Below, piece after piece: positions 35,904-45,496 of a DNA stretch of 64,000 nucleotides (the first letter of the stretch is position 1; each line of letters starts with the position of its first letter). A model generated the notes under the pieces. The model had not been told where the DNA came from. It saw only the letters and a program-made list of their open reading frames with translations, and ran no database searches. Both the position numbers and the translations under genes were made by a program. The DNA comes from a virus. The DNA is taken from the IMG/VR virus record IMGVR_UViG_3300045988_176633; one strand, given 5' to 3'.

Positions 35904-37418
35904 TTATAAGCCAATCGTGCCAATGTTAATAACACGACATATTTTAGCCGGCTGATACAATACAGGAGTACCGTAATTCAAGATCGCGAATCGACGACTT
36001 GGAGCTGTGATAGCGAAATCCATTTTCATCGTATCAGCAAATTGTAAGTACTCATTGATTTGATCATCGTTGTAATAAACTAACGCAGACTTCGTACCAG
36101 CAATGAAACGGTTACGATCACGTACTTTACCTGCAGCAGCTCCGTCCCAACCATTAGCTAGTTGATTTACTGGAACCTCAAACAACGGATAGTATTCTGT
36201 CGTAGCATTTAATGCTGCATCTTTAACCGTTCTATAGATAACAAAACAAGTCGGTTGATAAGCGCCTCCAACACCAGCAGTAAACTGCAAATCAACTGAC
36301 TGAGAAGCTGTAACAGCTAAAGCTACCTTTGAAGTCAAATTCAAAGGAGCTGATTCACCATAACGATTCTTAGCTGTCACTAAGTAACCATAAGAACCAG
36401 CATGTTTACCAAACATTGTCTTAGTATCGTTGTTTACTGTAGCAGCAGGAGCTGCACCAACAACCGGTATTGTAGGAGCCTTTGGAGAAGAAGCAGTTTT
36501 TCCAACACGGATCGATTTACGAACGTCGAAGAACTTGTCATTCTTAACAGCTACCTTACCAAATTGAGTTGTAATATCGTTAACTGATTGACCCATCGTT
36601 GCACCAGTAACAGAATCACGCATACCAACGATAACTCGTTTTGACTCATGGAACAATTTAACGTAATCGTTAAATACCTTAGGAGAGGAAACAATACGAT
36701 CAATATAACCGTTATAAACGTTTACAACAGAATCAGCGGCATCTTCAACTAAAGAGTCATTCAACACATTTCCATCTGCATTGATAACAGCAGCAGAACC
36801 GAAGTAATCGTCCAACAATTGCTCAGATGTCTTACCTTCGTAAGAACCACCGTCAGCTTGATTCACACCTAACATATGTTGACGGAAAATACCATCAAAT
36901 TGTTCAGGTACAGCAGCAGAGTCAGCATCAATCAAACGTTGATCCAAAATCGTCTGCAATAGGATCGTCTTATTCTGAACCTCCTTGGTATACATATTCA
37001 TACCGCCAGCCAATTTAGCTAACATAGCAGGATGAGTTACTTGTCCTGTTACACCCATAAATTTGGTGATTACAGACTTACGGATATATTGAGAATCAGT
37101 CTCTTCTGGAGTCTCACCTTCCATGTTAAAGATTCCAACCTCTTCACCATATTTGTACAATTGATTGTACTGATGAACAGTGTTGTCGATCTTATGTTTA
37201 GGCATCTCATTCAAAACAACCAACTGATTCAAACGGTTACCTAATACCTTCAACACTGAATCTAATGATTCAACTTTCAAACCACCACCATTGCTGATCT
37301 GGTTATCATATTGCATACCAGTCTTTAAACCGGCTTCCATTGCTTTCAGGATCTCTGCAGCGTCAATGTTTTCCAACATACCGGAAACTGCACCACCTGT
37401 ATAATCATAAAGTTCCAT
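35904..37418 (-). CDS. Major capsid protein
   Basis: 504 aa. Protease-scaffold-capsid synteny, followed by a terminator. Shares a 5' leader motif with the sheath gene. Confidence 0.75.
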   Translation of the reverse strand: MELYDYTGGAVSGMLENIDAAEILKAMEAGLKTGMQYDNQISNGGGLKVESLDSVLKVLGNRLNQLVVLNEMPKHKIDNTVHQYNQLYKYGEEVGIFNMEGETPEETDSQYIRKSVITKFMGVTGQVTHPAMLAKLAGGMNMYTKEVQNKTILLQTILDQRLIDADSAAVPEQFDGIFRQHMLGVNQADGGSYEGKTSEQLLDDYFGSAAVINADGNVLNDSLVEDAADSVVNVYNGYIDRIVSSPKVFNDYVKLFHESKRVIVGMRDSVTGATMGQSVNDITTQFGKVAVKNDKFFDVRKSIRVGKTASSPKAPTIPVVGAAPAATVNNDTKTMFGKHAGSYGYLVTAKNRYGESAPLNLTSKVALAVTASQSVDLQFTAGVGGAYQPTCFVIYRTVKDAALNATTEYYPLFEVPVNQLANGWDGAAAGKVRDRNRFIAGTKSALVYYNDDQINEYLQFADTMKMDFAITAPSRRFAILNYGTPVLYQPAKICRVINIGTIGL

Positions 37419-37449
37419 CCTATATAATTTTAATAGATTTATTCACGAA

Positions 37450-38151
37450 TTAACGCACGAACTTGACGTTTTTACTGTCATACATATAACGAGCAAGATT
37501 CTCACCTACAGTCTCAGCTTCAGGATTGGTTAAATATGCAAAAACATCGTCACCAATTGATTTCATCAAAACTTCATCGTCTTGAACTGAATCAATAGCT
37601 TTTTCAATAAGAGTACGTGCTAAAGGCCGTTGTTTTACAATATTTACAGTAATCTTACCGTTATCGTCTTTCATAGTGCCGATAGATTTTTGCAAGAAAG
37701 TAGCGTTATCAAGACCTTCACTTCTAAAAGGAGTTGGTTGAGCACCGATCGCTTCAATAGATTTCCTAAGAGGTTCTATCTCCTCCTTGATAGCCTCTTT
37801 AAAAGCCTCTTTCATTTCAAAACCGAAAGATTTCATAAGATCTCTGTTGAAACTTTTTTCAACTTTTTCTTTAGATTTCTTCTTCTTCTTACCTTTTTCT
37901 TCAATGTCCTCGTCGAGATCTTCGATATCGTCATCATCTTTGTCCTCGTCTTCTTCCAAATCTTCAATATGCTTTTCGTCGTCTACGACATTCTTTTCTT
38001 CATCCTCTTTAGAATGCTCCATTTCTTTTTCAGTTTTAGACTTCTCAAGTATGATATCACCATTCTCAATGGCTTTCTCTATATACTCTTCGTCAAAACC
38101 TCCATTTAAAAGAGCTTTAACTATGGATGAGTTCTTCCATTCTGCTTTCAT
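37450..38151 (-). CDS. Scaffolding protein
   Basis: 233 aa, extremely acidic/charged (EDLEEDEDKDDDDIEDLDEDIEEKGKKKKKSKEK). Lies between the protease and capsid genes. Confidence 0.7.
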   Translation of the reverse strand: MKAEWKNSSIVKALLNGGFDEEYIEKAIENGDIILEKSKTEKEMEHSKEDEEKNVVDDEKHIEDLEEDEDKDDDDIEDLDEDIEEKGKKKKKSKEKVEKSFNRDLMKSFGFEMKEAFKEAIKEEIEPLRKSIEAIGAQPTPFRSEGLDNATFLQKSIGTMKDDNGKITVNIVKQRPLARTLIEKAIDSVQDDEVLMKSIGDDVFAYLTNPEAETVGENLARYMYDSKNVKFVR

Positions 38152-38200
38152 AATTTAACTTGATTTTATTTTTCGTAAAAATAGTTTTCTATTTTCGAAT

Positions 38201-38977
38201 TTACAAAATTATTCTTCCAGATTTTTTCAAAAAGTCATCTAAAACCTTCTTAGATATGAACCCCTTTTGAAATCCTTTATAAAGATCCCAAAATTGTTCA
38301 ACTTGAAAAGATGGACTATCCTTTACAGAAATCTTAAAATCTCTATCGATTTGAATGACTTTACCGTTAGAATTATACTCCAATAAAATCGCTTGAGTTT
38401 GAAAATCCTTAGGACTATTAAAATCAATATCCCTTGATTTCATACTTTTAGTGATATCAACGTAAGTTGATGGATTTACCGGAGTAAATGTCAATGCTAT
38501 GTTGGTAATGAGTGCTTTTGTAACTCTCTTTGGATTCTTAGGATCACGAGCCAATGCTTTGCCTTCTACAGACATACCAGGTTTTCTTGTTGAACCCGAT
38601 TCTTTCATTTCTATTGCTTTATCCCAAAAAGCTCTAGCTTCTGGAGAGTTCTCCCAAAGTTTTCCTTTCACAAAAAATTTTCCATCTCTTACTTTAGCTT
38701 CTAAAGGCTCACCAATCCAAAATCGACTTTTGTTGATTGGACTTCGTGTAGGAAGATGATCAAGGTTAAATAATCCTGATTTTAGAAAACGATCGTAAAT
38801 AAAACCATTAGGATCAAGAACTTCATCTTCAGCATCTTCTGTCTTATCAGATGCAAGACCAGAGAACGTCATATTCTTATAACGTTCTTCTTTAGAAAAA
38901 TCTTTTTGTTTTGAAGACTTTTCAAAATCTATATCTAAATCAAGACCAAACTGAAAACAGTCAAAACTGTTATACAT
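38201..38977 (-). CDS. Prohead maturation protease (HK97/S78-like)
   Basis: FNLDH (His), PGMSVEG (Ser) and ITNIALTFTPVNPSTYV fit the S78 pattern. Synteny supports the call. Confidence 0.7.
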   Translation of the reverse strand: MYNSFDCFQFGLDLDIDFEKSSKQKDFSKEERYKNMTFSGLASDKTEDAEDEVLDPNGFIYDRFLKSGLFNLDHLPTRSPINKSRFWIGEPLEAKVRDGKFFVKGKLWENSPEARAFWDKAIEMKESGSTRKPGMSVEGKALARDPKNPKRVTKALITNIALTFTPVNPSTYVDITKSMKSRDIDFNSPKDFQTQAILLEYNSNGKVIQIDRDFKISVKDSPSFQVEQFWDLYKGFQKGFISKKVLDDFLKKSGRIIL

Positions 38978-39036
38978 ATATTCTTTTTCATTTCCTAACG
39001 AATTTACGAATTAAAATGTTATATACATTTTCGAGG

Positions 39037-39068
39037 TAAAGATATAGATTAAATTTAAACGAACAAAC
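39037..39068 (-). promoter_or_regulatory. Degenerate copy of the conserved 32-nt promoter-like element
   Basis: Minus strand GTTTGTTCGTTTAAATTTAATCTATATCTTTA. GTT(T)G, AAAT at 13-16 and TCTTTA at 27-32 are in register with the other copies. Lies 60 nt upstream of the protease ATG. Confidence 0.35.
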
Positions 39069-39089
39069 ATTTTCAAGAATAAAACGTCT

Positions 39090-39938
39090 TTAACTTAAAA
39101 TATTGTCCTTTTGTTGAGAAAAAGTTTTCATCAAATGTTGCTCTAATGACTTTTTCAACGTATTTTTACGCTCAGAAAAAGCGATGGAGCTTATAAAGGG
39201 ATTGTGCCTTGCTGAGTCCATATCATTAGAATCGTCAGGTCCATTAAGTACGATCGAGCTTTTTCTTATTTTATCTTCCTTAGGCCTGCTATAGTCGAAA
39301 GAAGTTAATACCCAGATCTTGTCCCTAAAGTTGTCTTTTTCGTCATAGACCACAGTTCTCATTAATACAACTCTATATTTATCTTTGTGAATGTTAACTT
39401 TAGAGTTGTTTTCGTAAAAATTTCCAATACGACCATGTTTCAAAACATCAGAAATAATATCTGATATTTCCTCAAGAGATTCAAAATCATCTTGTTCGAT
39501 AAAATGTCTCTTCCTAATATGACGAATCCCTTTGATATCATCTCCCCAAACAATATCAATCTTACCTAAACCTCTTCTCTCCCAAGCGCCAATAACTTGA
39601 CCCTTCTTTTCCTTTAAAAGAAAATCAATGGCTTGTTTTGGTTTACCTTCGAAAGAAGAATAATTAGTACCAAATTCTTTTAATTCCTTATAAGCATAAA
39701 CCTTAGTTCTTTTTTGACCTTTAGCTAGTTTCCAACTTCCGTCAGCTTGTTTTTGATATTTAATCCCTTTCCACTCTCGAATCTCACCAACCGCAGCTTT
39801 AGCTTTAAAGAAATCTTCTTCTAAAGATTTCTTATAAAACTCACTCAAAGATTTATTTATGTCGTCTGAATAAATAATCGCTTCAATTTCTAAAGAAGAA
39901 GCTCCTAACTTTTTCAATTTATCAATCAATCGACTCAT
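39090..39938 (-). CDS. Hypothetical protein (282 aa); possible barnase/EndoU-type (PBECR-like) nuclease core, tentative
   Basis: GKIDIVWGDDIKGIRHIRKRHFIEQDDF His/Arg-rich core. Lies in a MuF-associated locus. Confidence 0.45.
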   Translation of the reverse strand: MSRLIDKLKKLGASSLEIEAIIYSDDINKSLSEFYKKSLEEDFFKAKAAVGEIREWKGIKYQKQADGSWKLAKGQKRTKVYAYKELKEFGTNYSSFEGKPKQAIDFLLKEKKGQVIGAWERRGLGKIDIVWGDDIKGIRHIRKRHFIEQDDFESLEEISDIISDVLKHGRIGNFYENNSKVNIHKDKYRVVLMRTVVYDEKDNFRDKIWVLTSFDYSRPKEDKIRKSSIVLNGPDDSNDMDSARHNPFISSIAFSERKNTLKKSLEQHLMKTFSQQKDNILS

Positions 39939-39954
39939 ACTCTTTTCAATAAAA

Positions 39955-39978
39955 AGAGGGAGTTGATTCTCCCTCTTT
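39955..39978 (-). terminator. Rho-independent terminator
   Basis: Minus strand AAGAGGGAG-aatcaa-CTCCCTCTT followed by TTTATTG. Confidence 0.7.
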
Positions 39979-39992
39979 AGAAACTAACAAAA

Positions 39993-42134
39993 TCAGTGCA
40001 TTTGTAGACGGTATTTACTCTGTTTTAGAGAGGCGAGAAAATCATCTATCCAAGATATTTCACCATTATACTCATCTTTACCCTCAAGTTCTTTCCTGAA
40101 TTCAATAGTACGATCAAATATCATTTGACAAATCTTCACCGGATCATCTTCTTCGACTTTATCTCCTTGGATCTCTCCATCTTTAAACCTACCAAACCCA
40201 GCTTGTCCAGCTTCAGCGATCTTATCTTCAAATTCTCCGACTTCTTCTGAGAGATCATCAAGATAGACGTGTTTAGAATTATCTTCTTCTCCCCAATGAA
40301 TATTTTTCAATCGAGTTTTTGCTCCTTCAATGAAATTCAAGTATTCGTTGAATACTTTCTTTTCTTGTTTTTCAGCCTTTTCTAATTCATTCTTATCACC
40401 TCCACTTATACTTTGGATGTTTATCTTACCTTCATTATTCCAATCTTGTACAACAGATTTAAACATTTGAAGATCATCTTGATCATTAAAACGAATGATA
40501 AGATCATTTTCCTGAAATTTTGAAAGATTATCAATTTGAGATTTTCTCACATCTTCTACTTTTGAAATTGCATCCAATCTAAAAACACCTTTCTTATCAT
40601 TAAACATCCAATTTTGCTCACCAAAATCCTTGGTCTTTAAAACCAATTCAACTTCCCCACCTATTTCAAAAATCGTTTTTCGAAATGTAGCTAAAAAATC
40701 TGCAAAACGATCAATACCTATTTTTGTCCCAGAAAAATTTGTATTAAAACTTCCCCAAATAGTCATAAGTTCTGGATCTGGATCTTCTTCTACAACTACC
40801 TTAGAAGATTCTGCATTCCATTTTTCTTCTTTCTTTTTTCTTGCACCTTTGAAATCTATTGATTTTTCGATCTCACCAACACCACTACCTTGAGGTCCTT
40901 TTGTTTTAGGATCGAGACTTTCTTTTGAAAGAACTTGTGAGTCTTCCGTATTCATTGTTTTTTCCACCTCATCCCAACTTTCAGGTAATTCTTTCTCAAG
41001 ACCTAATTCCTTTGCTCTCTTACGAATCCATGCTTTAACCTCACTCTCTGGCATATCAGAAGCACCTACAAGCCTAATCGCATCTTTTAAATCTTGACTA
41101 TTACGAATAGGATATTTACCGTTTGGCATTGCTTCTCCTTTCTTAGCAAGATCTTTTCTTTCTTTATGAGAGAAATAATTCTTGTTACCTGCTTTAGAAA
41201 TTTCTTCTTTATGCTTCTCACAAAAAGCCTTGAAAATCTTTTCAGAAATCTTACCTTCGACCATGCTTTTCGCCAAATCCACGACTTCGGTAAATATAGG
41301 AGTTTTGGCTTTAACCTCTACATCTTCTACTGGTAAACCTAGGATCTTTTTAATATTATCTTTCATATCAAAGATAAACTTATAATCATCGATTTCAGTT
41401 GCAGGATCTATCCAAGCACTTCCAATTTCTTCAAATCCATCGACAACAATTAACGAAGGTGAGAACTCATCTAAATAAGTCATAAAGTAATGGATTTCAA
41501 CATCACCATTATCATAAACACCTACTTCAGTTAACAAATTATCGTCTGTATCAATACCTGTTTCTTCAAACAACTCACGTCTTGCTGCAGTGCGAAAATC
41601 CTCTCCTGCATCGACATGACCACCAGGAATACACCAATCTTCTGAATAACTTCCACTTTCACCAGCTCTTTGTAAGATTAACAACTTAGAACCTCTCCAA
41701 ACAAGTATATCCGCATATCTCACTTTACCACCTTGTTTGGCTTTTAAAAGGTCTATATATATAGATTTTTTAATCAGACCTTTCATCCAACTTTGTCTCA
41801 TTGAATCTAAGGTCTTAATATCTTTCAAAACATCAGCGATTTCAAGGTCTTCTTCAAGAGAAGCTAAAGATTTTTCAATTTTCGTTTTTCTCTTATAAAC
41901 ATTTTGAAGATCTTGAGATTGTTGTTTTAAGAATGCATTAAAACAATTTTGAGCCTTTTCAAACAACTCAACATCACCATTAGAAAGATCATTTAACTGA
42001 GCTTTTTGAAGTGAAAAGTTCTCTCCTAATTGATCAATCTCTTTATCTAGAAGGTGAAGTTGTCTTAAATTATCTCTATACTTTTGGATCTTTTCAGCCT
42101 TAGACTGAAGTCCGAATAAACTTTTGATATCCAT
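39993..42134 (-). CDS. Multidomain (polyvalent-type) protein: coiled coil + Nudix hydrolase + C-terminal Dps/ferritin-like four-helix module
   Basis: 713 aa. Exact Nudix box GHVDAGEDFRTAARRELFEETGI. The C-terminus LKNIHWGEEDNSKHVYLDDLSEEVGEFEDKIAEAGQAGFG... fits the Dps pattern (hW..g..f..lH..l.e...D.iAE....G). Confidence 0.7.
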   Translation of the reverse strand: MDIKSLFGLQSKAEKIQKYRDNLRQLHLLDKEIDQLGENFSLQKAQLNDLSNGDVELFEKAQNCFNAFLKQQSQDLQNVYKRKTKIEKSLASLEEDLEIADVLKDIKTLDSMRQSWMKGLIKKSIYIDLLKAKQGGKVRYADILVWRGSKLLILQRAGESGSYSEDWCIPGGHVDAGEDFRTAARRELFEETGIDTDDNLLTEVGVYDNGDVEIHYFMTYLDEFSPSLIVVDGFEEIGSAWIDPATEIDDYKFIFDMKDNIKKILGLPVEDVEVKAKTPIFTEVVDLAKSMVEGKISEKIFKAFCEKHKEEISKAGNKNYFSHKERKDLAKKGEAMPNGKYPIRNSQDLKDAIRLVGASDMPESEVKAWIRKRAKELGLEKELPESWDEVEKTMNTEDSQVLSKESLDPKTKGPQGSGVGEIEKSIDFKGARKKKEEKWNAESSKVVVEEDPDPELMTIWGSFNTNFSGTKIGIDRFADFLATFRKTIFEIGGEVELVLKTKDFGEQNWMFNDKKGVFRLDAISKVEDVRKSQIDNLSKFQENDLIIRFNDQDDLQMFKSVVQDWNNEGKINIQSISGGDKNELEKAEKQEKKVFNEYLNFIEGAKTRLKNIHWGEEDNSKHVYLDDLSEEVGEFEDKIAEAGQAGFGRFKDGEIQGDKVEEDDPVKICQMIFDRTIEFRKELEGKDEYNGEISWIDDFLASLKQSKYRLQMH

Positions 42135-42160
42135 GACTAACTTTGTTATAATTTTTGCAC

Positions 42161-42193
42161 TAAATATACGAACTTTTCAATCGTTTACACAAA
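42161..42193 (-). promoter_or_regulatory. Putative Bacteroidota-style promoter (TTTG-N21-TATATTTA) upstream of the Nudix gene
   Basis: Minus strand TTTG-tgtaaacgattgaaaagttcg-TATATTTAGTG. Confidence 0.4.
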
Positions 42194-42614
42194 CATTATC
42201 CGCGTAATAACTATGATCACTTTCTATTTCAATAGAATAAGAAAAATCCGGAAAATTTTCCTTTGGTATTTTTAAAATAGAAGAGACTTTACCTCGTTGA
42301 TTTTTTCTTAATTGTAGGAGCATATTAGGTTTAATTTTACTTACTTCTAAAGACCTACCATTAGCTAAAATAATTTTACTACTTTCGTGAATCCTATGAA
42401 TCCCTTCTTCTTTGATCTTTACATCGTCTTCAAAAACAAAATAAAGATCAAAGATTTCTTGATTGAAATCTAAGATCAAAGATTTGTTGATTGATTTTAC
42501 TTTTTTGTATCTATTTTTATGAGTTAAAACCAAGTCACCAACTTTTATATCTTTTATCCATTTAGGACCATCAAAGGTCTGTATTTCTGTATAACCACTG
42601 TAAAATTGACTCAT
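42177..42614 (-). CDS. Free-standing Hint (intein-like) domain protein with degenerate splice-junction residues
   Basis: 145 aa. Block-A-like SGYTEIQTFDGPKWIKDIKVGDLVL and block-F/G-like FSYSIEIESDHSYYADNVCVND-stop. No Cys1, no TxxH, and it ends ND rather than HN. Confidence 0.6.
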   Translation of the reverse strand: MSQFYSGYTEIQTFDGPKWIKDIKVGDLVLTHKNRYKKVKSINKSLILDFNQEIFDLYFVFEDDVKIKEEGIHRIHESSKIILANGRSLEVSKIKPNMLLQLRKNQRGKVSSILKIPKENFPDFSYSIEIESDHSYYADNVCVND

Positions 42615-43558
42615 ACTAAAAATTTTTTATCCCCAACTATTATTGTTACCTTTGATTTTCTCTCGACCTTAGATTTATAATCTTTAGGTGGAACGAATGT
42701 TTGCAATTTATCATCCCAAACATAATTATCTGGAATATAACGAGTTGAACAACGACAAAACGGGTGAACTGGTCCGACAACTGGTTTCCAATCCTTGCTC
42801 TTTCTACCAATATTATCACCGTTTTGAATAAGTTCTGATAATTTGAAGATTCTAGGTTTTGAACCTGCACCTGCTGTAGTATAGAGGTTTAGGCAAAACC
42901 GACACGCTCCTGGATAAACTTCTTTGTATACTCTTGTATCTAATCCATGTTGATTGATTATCATTTGAGCATTCCCCAATTCATAAATGTTTTGGAACTC
43001 AGTTTCGACTATCCGTCCCCAATCTCGATTCCAATCTTTCAACTGATTACCGATATTACTTACGATACCTTGGACTGATCTTTTTTCTAAAACACCTAAT
43101 TCGTGTTCTCTTTTGATTGTTGAAAGCTCTTCTATCCGACGATTTTCGACAAGATTTTTTATCTCTTGCTCTGAAACAGAATTCGAAAGGGTTTTCTTTA
43201 CCCTTTCTCCCATTCCTTTGATATAAGAATAACTTCTTGTAGCTGCAGCTTGATATTCGTACAATTCTCTTTTAGAAGGTTGTTTGTATTGTTTTCTAGC
43301 TGTGTATTGTTTTATATCTGTATAGTTTAAGGTTTGTAATTGTTTTGGCGTTAAAACAGCAGATAACCTACCAAATAAATATGCTTGCCAATAAGGAGGG
43401 ATCAATTTTAGATCTTTCCAATCAAAATGAAATTCATCGAGTACTTTCTTATCATTATCAGTTAGGAATTCTTTCCCTAAGATATCAGCGATAGTCCTAG
43501 CTAGACGATAATCTACAATCGTAAACAATCTCTGTATGTCATCTGGTGTAAAAATCAT
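42611..43558 (-). CDS. MuF-like (SPP1 gp7-like) head morphogenesis / minor capsid protein
   Basis: 315 aa. C-terminal CRFC...GPVHPFCRCS motif. Downstream of the portal gene. Confidence 0.75.
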   Translation of the reverse strand: MIFTPDDIQRLFTIVDYRLARTIADILGKEFLTDNDKKVLDEFHFDWKDLKLIPPYWQAYLFGRLSAVLTPKQLQTLNYTDIKQYTARKQYKQPSKRELYEYQAAATRSYSYIKGMGERVKKTLSNSVSEQEIKNLVENRRIEELSTIKREHELGVLEKRSVQGIVSNIGNQLKDWNRDWGRIVETEFQNIYELGNAQMIINQHGLDTRVYKEVYPGACRFCLNLYTTAGAGSKPRIFKLSELIQNGDNIGRKSKDWKPVVGPVHPFCRCSTRYIPDNYVWDDKLQTFVPPKDYKSKVERKSKVTIIVGDKKFLV

Positions 43559-43758
43559 AACTTTGATTTGAGTTTAACCATTTCTTTAGTTAAATCTATT
43601 AATAAATTATCCATTTGAGTAGAGAAAATGACTTGTGCCAATCCTTCGTAACCACCTTGAACCTTAGGATAATCCATAGGATCTTTAACATGATGTTGGA
43701 TATTACTGACTCCAGACATCTTCTCTACTTTCAAACCTTTTACATATTTGAGATTCAT
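43555..43758 (-). CDS. Hypothetical protein (67 aa)
   Basis: ORF track 43555..43773. I prefer the ATG at 43756-43758, which forms ATGA with the portal stop. Confidence 0.5.
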   Translation of the reverse strand: MNLKYVKGLKVEKMSGVSNIQHHVKDPMDYPKVQGGYEGLAQVIFSTQMDNLLIDLTKEMVKLKSKL

Positions 43759-45485
43759 TTTCCAGCTCCCCAATTTTCTTTGATATACTTCATAGCACTA
43801 CCAAGGATTGGATTTGAAACCATTGCCTTCTCATAATTTTCATCTTCGAAATCCAAAGGATTTTCTTCTTCTCCTTCTTCATCTACTGTTTGATTGTCGA
43901 CCTCTTCATTCATACCTTCACCACCGTACATTGCTTGTTGCTGCTTTGTTTGAGCTGCAGTTTGATATACTTGATTTAGAATCGTATCGGTTTCAGGATC
44001 AAAATCACGACCAGAATATTTTTTAAAAATATCTTCCATTGATACCATACCACCTTCAAGTTTTTTCTTATCAAGTTCAACTTGCTTTTCTTCATCTTCT
44101 ATTTCAATACCAGTGAAAGCAAATTCAAAATCAGAATCAATCTCATCAATAAGATAATGGTTGATAATATTCTGTAAGAAAATTAACAATGGTTTTAACC
44201 CTTTATCTCGACTATGGTTCAATCTTTCCCTTTGACCATCTTGTCCAAAGATTTGAGCTTGGTCTTTGAATTGAAAACCTAACTCAGTTGGATCAATACG
44301 ATAAACCGAACATGTAATGATAAGTAGGAATTTCAACCAATCATTGAACTCCATATCCCGGTTATTCTTTTGTAGATCAATCCATTCCAGATCAATGCCA
44401 TTGATAATTGGAACTCTGTGAGAATTTGAAACACCACGCATCGTTTGTGTCCAAGCCTGTCGAAACTCATTTAAAGTCGTATTATCAATATTATTGTTTT
44501 TCACATTGATAAAACCCTTTGGTTGAGATCCTTTTGAAAAGAAATTACCATTATACTGCATACCCCATAATATCCAGGTAATAATCTCTACAAGGGTTTC
44601 TAATTCAGAGGTACCGTAACCATTCTTATAAATGTTGGTACTCTTATTTCGAATACCATAACCCAACTCCCAAGGATAAAAAATCACATGTTCTTTAGTT
44701 GTTGGATTCTGTAGGATCATATCGTTGAATACCATACAATACCTAGGTAGATAACCTTTAAAACGATATTTCTCCCACTCTTCTCTCATTTTAGGATCAG
44801 CACTGTCTAATAGTCGTATTAAAGATGCGTCTACAGCTCGAAACTTATTTAAATTCCAGCTTCTATCTCTAACAATTTCAAAGGCTAATTGATCCAATGT
44901 AAGAGTGTCGAAAACAATCTTTCTCCCAAAATCTTGAAATGTGTCAAATTTGTCCCATTTTTCATTGATACCACCTTTTTCTAAGAAATCAATGATATAC
45001 TCGATTTTCCTCTGTTCTTCTTTTGTAGGTTCAGTTGTTTTATCTTCAAAACGACTTTTCTTCTTTCGTATCGTAAACCCCTCTTTTTGTTCATCAAGAC
45101 TAAAATGTAGAAAATTTTGGACTTGTTCAACGCGAGTATTAACAACACTTCGAATAATGAAGATATCTCCCATCCTTCGAAGTGTTTCAAAGGATAAAGA
45201 ACCGTAATATCTAGGATCTTTGAAACCTTGGCCAGTTTGATTAGCCTCATTTGGGTCGAAAAAGACAGCCTTCATCTCACTGTTTTGTCTTGAGTTTGCA
45301 TCAAGATAAAGGTTTGCTTTCATGATCGCTTCAACATCATTTGAAGATACCATTTGTTGAAGTTTAGATTGTAACAATGTTGGTACAGTCTTATTCAACG
45401 CTTCGATCTCTTCAAATGAGAGAGAGGCCAGACTCTTTATTAAGTCTGGCCTTTGTGATTTGTTATTGCTTCTTTTTCTACTCAT
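43755..45485 (-). CDS. Portal protein
   Basis: 576 aa, acidic C-terminus, immediately upstream of MuF. Size and synteny only. Confidence 0.7.
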   Translation of the reverse strand: MSRKRSNNKSQRPDLIKSLASLSFEEIEALNKTVPTLLQSKLQQMVSSNDVEAIMKANLYLDANSRQNSEMKAVFFDPNEANQTGQGFKDPRYYGSLSFETLRRMGDIFIIRSVVNTRVEQVQNFLHFSLDEQKEGFTIRKKKSRFEDKTTEPTKEEQRKIEYIIDFLEKGGINEKWDKFDTFQDFGRKIVFDTLTLDQLAFEIVRDRSWNLNKFRAVDASLIRLLDSADPKMREEWEKYRFKGYLPRYCMVFNDMILQNPTTKEHVIFYPWELGYGIRNKSTNIYKNGYGTSELETLVEIITWILWGMQYNGNFFSKGSQPKGFINVKNNNIDNTTLNEFRQAWTQTMRGVSNSHRVPIINGIDLEWIDLQKNNRDMEFNDWLKFLLIITCSVYRIDPTELGFQFKDQAQIFGQDGQRERLNHSRDKGLKPLLIFLQNIINHYLIDEIDSDFEFAFTGIEIEDEEKQVELDKKKLEGGMVSMEDIFKKYSGRDFDPETDTILNQVYQTAAQTKQQQAMYGGEGMNEEVDNQTVDEEGEEENPLDFEDENYEKAMVSNPILGSAMKYIKENWGAGK

Positions 45486-45496
45486 AGATAAAATTA

